Source of the DNA: Eledone cirrhosa
Taxonomy: Eukaryota
DNA length: 64,000 bases
Assembly (NCBI GenBank): GCA_964016885.1
Contig: OZ024742.1
Location: 237,460,001-237,524,000, forward strand
Direction: 5' to 3'
Numbering within the stretch: the stretch's first letter is position 1; each line of letters begins with the position of its first letter. Shown in pieces: positions 54,601 to 64,000 of this stretch. The translations under genes were made by a program, and so were the position numbers. The notes under the pieces were generated by a model. That model was not told the DNA's origin and did no database searches. It worked only from the letters and a program-made list of their open reading frames with translations.

Positions 54601-57600
54601 CACACCACACATCACAACAACATCACACAACCACACCACACAACCACATCACACAACCACACCACACAACCACATCGCACAACCACATCACACAACCACA
54701 CCACACAACCACATCACACAACCACATCACACATCCACACCACACAACTACACCACACAACCACATCACTCAACCACACCACACAACTACACCTCACAAC
54801 CACATCACACAATCACACCATAAAACCACATCACACAACCACACCACAAAACCACACCACACAACTAAACCACACAACCACATCACACAATCACATCACA
54901 CAATCACACCATACAACCACACCACACAACACAACTATACCACACAACCATACCAAACAACCACACCACACAACCACACCACACTCCGACATCACACAAC
55001 CACACCACACATCACAACAACATCACACAACCACACCACACAACCACATCACACAACCACACCACACAACCACATCGCACAACCACATCACACAACCACA
55101 CCACACAACCACATCACACAACCACACCACACAACCACATCGCACAACCACATCACACAACCACACCACACAACCACATCACACAACCACATCACACCAC
55201 ACTACCACATCACACAACCACACCACACAACCACATCGCACAACCACATCACACAACCACACCACACAACCACATCACACAACCACATCACACATCCACA
55301 CCACACAACTACACCACACAACCACATCACACAACCACACCACACAACCACACCACACAACACAACCATACCACACAACCACAACACACAACCACACCAC
55401 ACAACCACACAACACAACCACACCACACCACACAACTACATCACACCACCACACCACACAACCACACCACACAACCACACCACACAACCACACCACACAA
55501 CCACACTACACAACCACATCACACAACCACATCACACAACCACACCACACTACGACATCACGCAACCACACCACACAACCACACCACACAACCACACCAC
55601 ACTACAATATCACACAACCACACCACAAAACCACACCACACAACTAAACCACACAACCACATCACACAACCACATCACACATCCACACCACACAACTACA
55701 CCACACAACCACACCACACAACCACACCACACAACCACACCACACTACAATATCACACAACCACACCACAAAACCACACCACACAACTAAACCACACAAC
55801 CACATCACACAATCACATCATACAATCACACCATACAACCACACCACACAACACAACTATACCACACAACCATACCAAACAACCACACCACACAACCACA
55901 CCACACTCCGACATCACACAACCACACCACACATCACAACCACATCACACAACCACACCACACAACCACATCACACAAACACACCACACAACACAACAAC
56001 ACCACACAACCACATCACACAACCACACAACACAACAACACCACACAACCGCATCACACAACCATATCGCACAACACAACCACATCACACAACCAAATCA
56101 CACAACCACACCACACTCCGACATCACACAACCACACCACACATCACAACAACATCACACAACCACACCACACAACCACATCACACAACCACACCACACA
56201 ACCACATCGCACAACCACATCACACAACCACACCACACAACCACATCACACAACCACATCACACATCCACACCACACAACTACACCACACAACCACATCA
56301 CTCAACCACACCACACAACTACACCTCACAACCACATCACACAATCACACCATAAAACCACATCACACAACCACACCACAAAACCACACCACACAACTAA
56401 ACCACACAACCACATCACACAATCACATCACACAATCACACCATACAACCACACCACACAACACAACTATACCACACAACCATACCAAACAACCACACCA
56501 CACAACCACACCACACTCCGACATCACACAACCACACCACACATCACAACAACATCACACAACCACACCACACAACCACATCACACAACCACACCACACA
56601 ACCACATCGCACAACCACATCACACAACCACACCACACAACCACATCACACAACCACACCACACAACCACATCGCACAACCACATCACACAACCACACCA
56701 CACAACCACATCACACAACCACATCACACCACACTACCACATCACACAACCACACCACACAACCACATCGCACAACCACATCACACAACCACACCACACA
56801 ACCACATCACACAACCACATCACACATCCACACCACACAACTACACCACACAACCACATCACACAACCACACCACACAACCACACCACACAACACAACCA
56901 TACCACACAACCACAACACACAACCACACCACACAACCACACAACACAACCACACCACACCACACAACTACATCACACCACCACACCACACAACCACACC
57001 ACACAACCACACCACACAACCACACCACACAACCACACTACACAACCACATCACACAACCACATCACACAACCACACCACACTACGACATCACGCAACCA
57101 CACCACACAACCACACCACACAACCACACCACACTACAATATCACACAACCACACCACAAAACCACACCACACAACTAAACCACACAACCACATCACACA
57201 ACCACATCACACATCCACACCACACAACTACACCACACAACCACACCACACAACCACACCACACAACCACACCACACTACAATATCACACAACCACACCA
57301 CAAAACCACACCACACAACTAAACCACACAACCACATCACACAATCACATCATACAATCACACCATACAACCACACCACACAACACAACTATACCACACA
57401 ACCATACCAAACAACCACACCACACAACCACACCACACTCCGACATCACACAACCACACCACACATCACCACCACATCACACAACCACACCACACAACCA
57501 CATCACACAAACACACCACACAACACAACAACACCACACAACCACATCACACAACCACACAACACAACAACACCACACAACCGCATCACACAACCATATC

Positions 57601-58226
57601 GCACAACACAACCACATCACACAACCAAATCACACAACCACACCACACAACCACACCACACAACCACACCACACAACCACACCACACAACCACATCACAC
57701 AACCACACCACACTACCACATCACACAACCACATCACACAACCACACCACACAACCACATCACACAACCACATCACACAACACACCACACACAACCACAC
57801 CACACAACCACACCACACCACACAACCACACCACACAACACAACCATACCACACAACCACAACACACAGCCACACCACACAACCACATCACACAACCACA
57901 CCACACAACCACACCACACAACACAACCATACCACACAACCACAACACACAGCCACACCACACAACCACACAACACAACCACACCACACCACACAACTAC
58001 ATCACACAACCACACCACACTACCACACCACACAACCACACCACACAACCACACAACCACACCACACAACCACACCACACAACCACACCACACTACCACA
58101 CCACACAACCACACCACACAACCACACAACCACACCACACAACCACACCACACTACCACACCACACTACCACACCACACCACACAACCACACCACACAAC
58201 CACATCACACCACACTACCACATCAC
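42696..58226. repeat. 15.5-kb satellite, 13-bp unit ACAACCACA(C/T)CAC, with higher-order segmental duplications
   Basis: Direct reading. Identical variant-defined ORFs recur at offsets 618, 1532 and 3447 bp, and near-identical ones at ~2810-2825 bp. Confidence 0.95.
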
Positions 58227-59193
58227 AGGAAATTAATCACAAACACGTCGCACGCACTACGTTCATTCCGAAGCATAACACACCTGTTTTGGGTTACTTG
58301 TTGTAGGTTACCCAGAACACACACACAAACACACACACACACAATATACGCATACATACACACTCTCACAATATACGCGCATACATACATATACATTCTC
58401 ATACATATAGCAACATACGTACACACACACACACAACCTCACACACACAATACACACACACACAAACACACACCCATACATATACCAACAGACGTACATT
58501 TATACATATTCAGGCAGACTCTCGTACATATTCAAACATGCATTCATACATATTTATTTTAACTGAGACATTTATTACATTTATATTTCATTTCAGTGGA
58601 AATTTCCAGCATCCCACAATGAATAAATAAGACACAACTTTCAGCTGCTATTTAGAAATCAACCGTTATTCCCTCTTTATATTATTGACATTGCAAATAT
58701 ATCTATTTTAATATCCTCAATATCCTTTCTTAGTTTCTTCACTTGTTATTTTAATTCTTTTCATACCAATCCGCCTGGAACTGCCACTGGCTATACGATA
58801 CAAAATTGTTTGTTTGGAAGAAATGTTTATATTTAAATTTAATTCTATCATAATTTTATTCAAGAAAAAATGTGTTTGATTGTGTCCCAAACACCGACTT
58901 TTAGATTAATTTTCCATCTTAATTTTAAGATATTTATATTTATCTAAAAACTTTCCATCATAATTTTATATTCTAAACATCAGATGAATAATAAATATAT
59001 TAATTATATTACTAAATCCCTCAAAATTCTTGATTATTTGTAAAATTATTTGAAAACCATCCGCAATACTTTTCATTGTTCCGCCAAAATATTAGTATTT
59101 CATACAATTCAATACATTATATAATACTAGACCAATCCAGTTGATTCTCCTTTGGAGAATTCTTTCTGTAACTCTCTCACTATCTATATATTA

Positions 59194-59276
<83 letters not shown>

Positions 59277-59537
59277 GTAGGAGGTGACTTTTATTGTAAT
59301 ACAATAAAGCAATGCAGATATCGGATAAGAAGCACTCTACAGTTTGTAGGACTGGAGTATACATAATATATTAGAACAAAAGATGGTTAAAAGAGTTCCA
59401 TGTATTTTAATCTTCATATCATGTCTTCCTGTTTTTATCTGATGAAAACACAAATATTATTGCATGATGATATTTGTTTTTGAAATGCGCATAATAAAAT
59501 ACATGGAACTCTTTTAACCATCTTTTGTTCTTATATA

Positions 59538-59545
<8 letters not shown>
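59277..59545. mobile_element. Second copy of the 3591-4002 hammerhead fold-back family, in a (TA)n array
   Basis: 59277-59409 is the reverse complement of 3870-4000; 59411-59545 matches 3787-3919. Confidence 0.85.
59433..59499 (+). ncRNA. Type I hammerhead ribozyme, intact core
   Basis: TTTTAT-CTGATGA-[long helix II]-GAAA-TGCGCA-TA-ATAAAA. Helix II substitutions relative to 3806 all retain pairing. Confidence 0.85.
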
Positions 59546-59627
<82 letters not shown>

Positions 59628-59691
59628 GTGGAACACTGGAAGGTAATATCCGTAGTGGTAGAGCACTCAGTCCAAGGGACGAGTTAGGTAG

Positions 59692-60044
<353 letters not shown>

Positions 60045-60779
60045 CATAGGTGCAGTTATGCAATCATTTTGATATGCCGGTGGCCATGTACGTCTATCCA
60101 GTAGTGAAGTGGGTCGACACTTCACTACTGTACTTCCAAATATGACCATTTGTAGTGACCTACATTCCGCGGGCTCACATACATTCTCTGTGCGTGATTT
60201 GGATTAGCTCAGCCAATCAGCGCCAGTAGAAGAGAATGTATCCCTACGCGTCCTGAGGGAGAAATTCCCGCGTGGATTTGAGAAATCTCTCTCTCTTGCA
60301 CGCTGACCGTAGAAAGGTAAGCAACTAACTTTCTTTCGTCGTGAAATCACTAGCCAACATGTAACACAACAACTTAACAATGGCCTGGCAATACTTCGGC
60401 CAGTGGACCGTGCCTTCTGAATTCTTAATTCGTTTTTTTATCTCTCTTGGCATGCCAGCTCTACTCAGCTCAACCTTATTAATAAATAATGTAAAACAAG
60501 CCAAAAGTCGTTGTCGATATTCCTAACATCTTACTACCAAACTGTTACCATAGCAATGCCTTTAAATGTGATATGGAAGGATTCCTTCCAGAAGAGGTAT
60601 TATCACAGCAGCAACAGAACCTGAGACTTACAGCCTAACCTCAATTCTTCGTGGTGATACATCTACTCTTAAAACCATCCTGTTAAAACTGGTGACTTTC
60701 GACGCAGGGGTATTAAGAACGAAATGCTCCTTTAAAATATATATATACATCAACCCAGCATCCTGTTAAACATTCAATG

Positions 60780-60908
60780 ATAGACAGATCTGTTTCTGAG
60801 GACCAAAAAGAATTAAGAATTCATCATCGATTACAATTATTAGTATCGATCATCAACCATCGATTATGGCGAAGACTCAATTAAGACCATGTTTCTCTTC
60901 GTCAGTAT
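60780..60908 (-). ncRNA. Type I hammerhead with a ~95-nt helix II insertion, within a ~1-kb element (60042-61073) between TA arrays
   Basis: Minus strand: ATA-CTGACGA-A-GAG...CTC-A-GAAA-CAGATCTG-TC-TAT. Palindromic helix III, GUC site, short helices I and II. Confidence 0.55.
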
Positions 60909-61065
60909 GTTTAAGTCTCTGCTAAAATACATATATATCTGGCGCTGTATTAAAAGCCTAGTCTCTACGCTCTGGGGAATATATTTAAATAAATATTTTC
61001 CACGTGATATAAGTTAAAACGTAATATATACAGAAATATATATAGAGAGAAGGGCAGCCAAATAG

Positions 61066-62027
<962 letters not shown>

Positions 62028-62233
62028 CGTTTCTGAATTTGTTTAGCAAGATTCTTTATCTGAAATCGTGTGTTGAAACCGATATTGTTATACTTTGGGA
62101 GGGTCATGTTGCCAATAAGAAACACACGCACCAGTTGCTTTCACTTCAATTTATTATAATAAATTTCTAATAAATTTATAAATTTATAAATTTCTGGTTG
62201 GTTGGTTCCACAACCAGATAGTTGTTTATATAT

Positions 62234-62278
62234 AGTCATAGTTCTTTCGTCACACACTCTGTGACCTCTTCAGTGACT
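62234..62278 (-). ncRNA. Minimal type I hammerhead (left arm)
   Basis: Exact reverse complement of 62784-62828. Confidence 0.8.
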
Positions 62279-62783
62279 GGGGATTCCTTTCTTTGTTTCT
62301 GTGCCTCTCCTTTGTTCTGCCCTACGCCATTTTGTTTCTGTGTGTGTGCTGTGTGCTCAGTCTGCGCATGCGCCACATCCGGGTGTCTGTGTGTGTTTAT
62401 GTTCATTTATTTATTTGTTTATTTACATGTTACTGGTTGGTTGTTTGTTCTATGTGTGTGTGTGTTTTCATTTTGTCCTTAATTGTAAGTTGTGATGTTG
62501 CTGTTCCACTCAAATTTTCTATTTAATTTCCAAAATTAAATAGAAAATATGAGTGGAACAGCAACATCACAACTTACAATTAAGGACAAAATGAAAACAC
62601 ACACACACATAGAACAAACAACCAACCAGTAACATGTAAATAAACAAATAAATAAATGAACATAAACACACACAGACACCCGGATGTGGCGCATGCGCAG
62701 ACTGAGCACACAGCACACACACAGAAACAAAATGGCGTAGGACAGAACAAAGGAGAGGCACAGAAACAAAGAAAGGAATCCCC

Positions 62784-62828
62784 AGTCACTGAAGAGGTCA
62801 CAGAGTGTGTGACGAAAGAACTATGACT
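62784..62828 (+). ncRNA. Minimal type I hammerhead (right arm)
   Basis: AGTCA-CTGAAGA-G-GTCACA(GAGTG)TGTGAC-GAAA-GAAC-TA-TGACT. Predicted cut after 62823. Confidence 0.8.
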
Positions 62829-62965
62829 ATATATAAACAACTATCTGGTTGTGGAACCAACCAACCAATCAGAAATTTATAAATTTATAAATTTATTATA
62901 ATAAATTGAAGTGAAAGCAACTGGTGCGTGTGTTTCTTATTGGCAACATGACCCTCCCAAAGTAT

Positions 62966-63013
<48 letters not shown>

Positions 63014-63199
63014 ATGTGCGTTGATGTAATTGCCAAAAAAATGAAAAAATAATAATAAATAAATTAAAAATAACCTCGCTTCAGAATATTATATTCAATA
63101 TCATACAGCTCATAATAGTTATAAAATTTCATCATTAGCGAGTATAATCATTTATTTTAAATAGTCCTGGTAATTATCTTTTTTATTTTTCGTTTTACA

Positions 63200-64000
63200 T
63201 TTTTTTGTTTTTTAAATCTAAGGATTTCATCATAAACAATGTTTTTAACTTTGTCATCTTTTGCGTAATAATAAAGATTATTAATATCTCCCAATTGTGA
63301 AAGTGATACATATAGTTGTCCATGAGAAAATACTTCTTTTTAAAGATTGACACCAATTTTCTTTAATGTTTGACCTTCTGATTTATTTATTGTCATAGCA
63401 AAAGATAGTTTAACTGGAAATTGTAACCTTGTAAACCTCTCTGGCGCCTCTGCAAGTAATTTAATTCTTGGCAATAATACTAATTCATTTTTGCGCTTTC
63501 CATTTGATATTTTTGCTTCAATTACATTATTTGTAAGGGATTCCAATTCATGTGGTGGAAATCCCGATAATTCTAATGAATTTAAGAACTCAACTGGAAA
63601 ATCTATTGTTTCATTTGTTTCCGCTACTTGATCTATAGAATTGTAGGTTCTTAATCTATGTTCTATTTTGTTAAGTAATCGCATATTAATAGCATACACA
63701 TCCTCATTATTAGCTAAAATTATTCTTTATAACGTCCATTCTGTATGTTTCCAAAATAATTGATTCTAAATCAATGTCCCCATAAATAAATGTTTCTAAA
63801 TCTATTTCATTCTCAACGCTATTTCCCATTGGTAATAATTGTTTCTACATTTGGCACAAGGCCAGCAATTTTCCCAGTGCATTACTGGTACTTTATTTTA
63901 TCGACCCCGTAAGGCGGGATTTGAACTCACTGATAATAATATCATGTGATTGTCATCACTTGGAATCCTTTTTTCTGCTATTTCTAATAGTTTATTTACA
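63200..64000 (-). pseudogene. Helitron PIF1-like helicase C-terminal fragment, interrupted by SINE A (63836-63930)
   Basis: EFLNSLELSGFPPHEL, LPRI, RLQFPVKLSFAMTINKSEGQTL, then VFSHGQLYVS after a disruption. Confidence 0.88.

Larger units (their letters stand above)
62025..62972. mobile_element. Head-to-head palindrome of two Penelope 3' ends
   Basis: Arms 62082-62529 / 62533-62972 are nearly identical. The centre encodes PKLNRKYEWNS (end of the GIY-YIG ORF). TA arrays on both sides. Confidence 0.9.

Overview
AT-rich, repeat-saturated eukaryotic DNA with no recognisable host gene. The SINE families and (TA)n/(CA)n density suggest an octopod cephalopod (inference). About 20 kb is satellite: a GT/CpG-rich array at 1-2540, a GTAT/GT minisatellite at 35120-36685 and a 15.5-kb 13-mer array at 42696-58226 with kilobase higher-order duplications. 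The rest is transposon debris: Penelope-like elements (GIY-YIG and RT fragments), RTE, L1/Tx1 and CR1-like LINEs, Helitrons, Tc1/mariner, a hAT MITE and tRNA-derived SINEs. The main hidden signal, read by eye, is about 15 type I hammerhead ribozyme motifs (CUGANGA...GAAA...UH), roughly nine with an intact core. They lie in short elements in or beside (TA)n arrays, often in fold-back arrangements, and frequently have palindromic helix III. Three have very large helix II insertions. All folds are manual; none was computed or tested.
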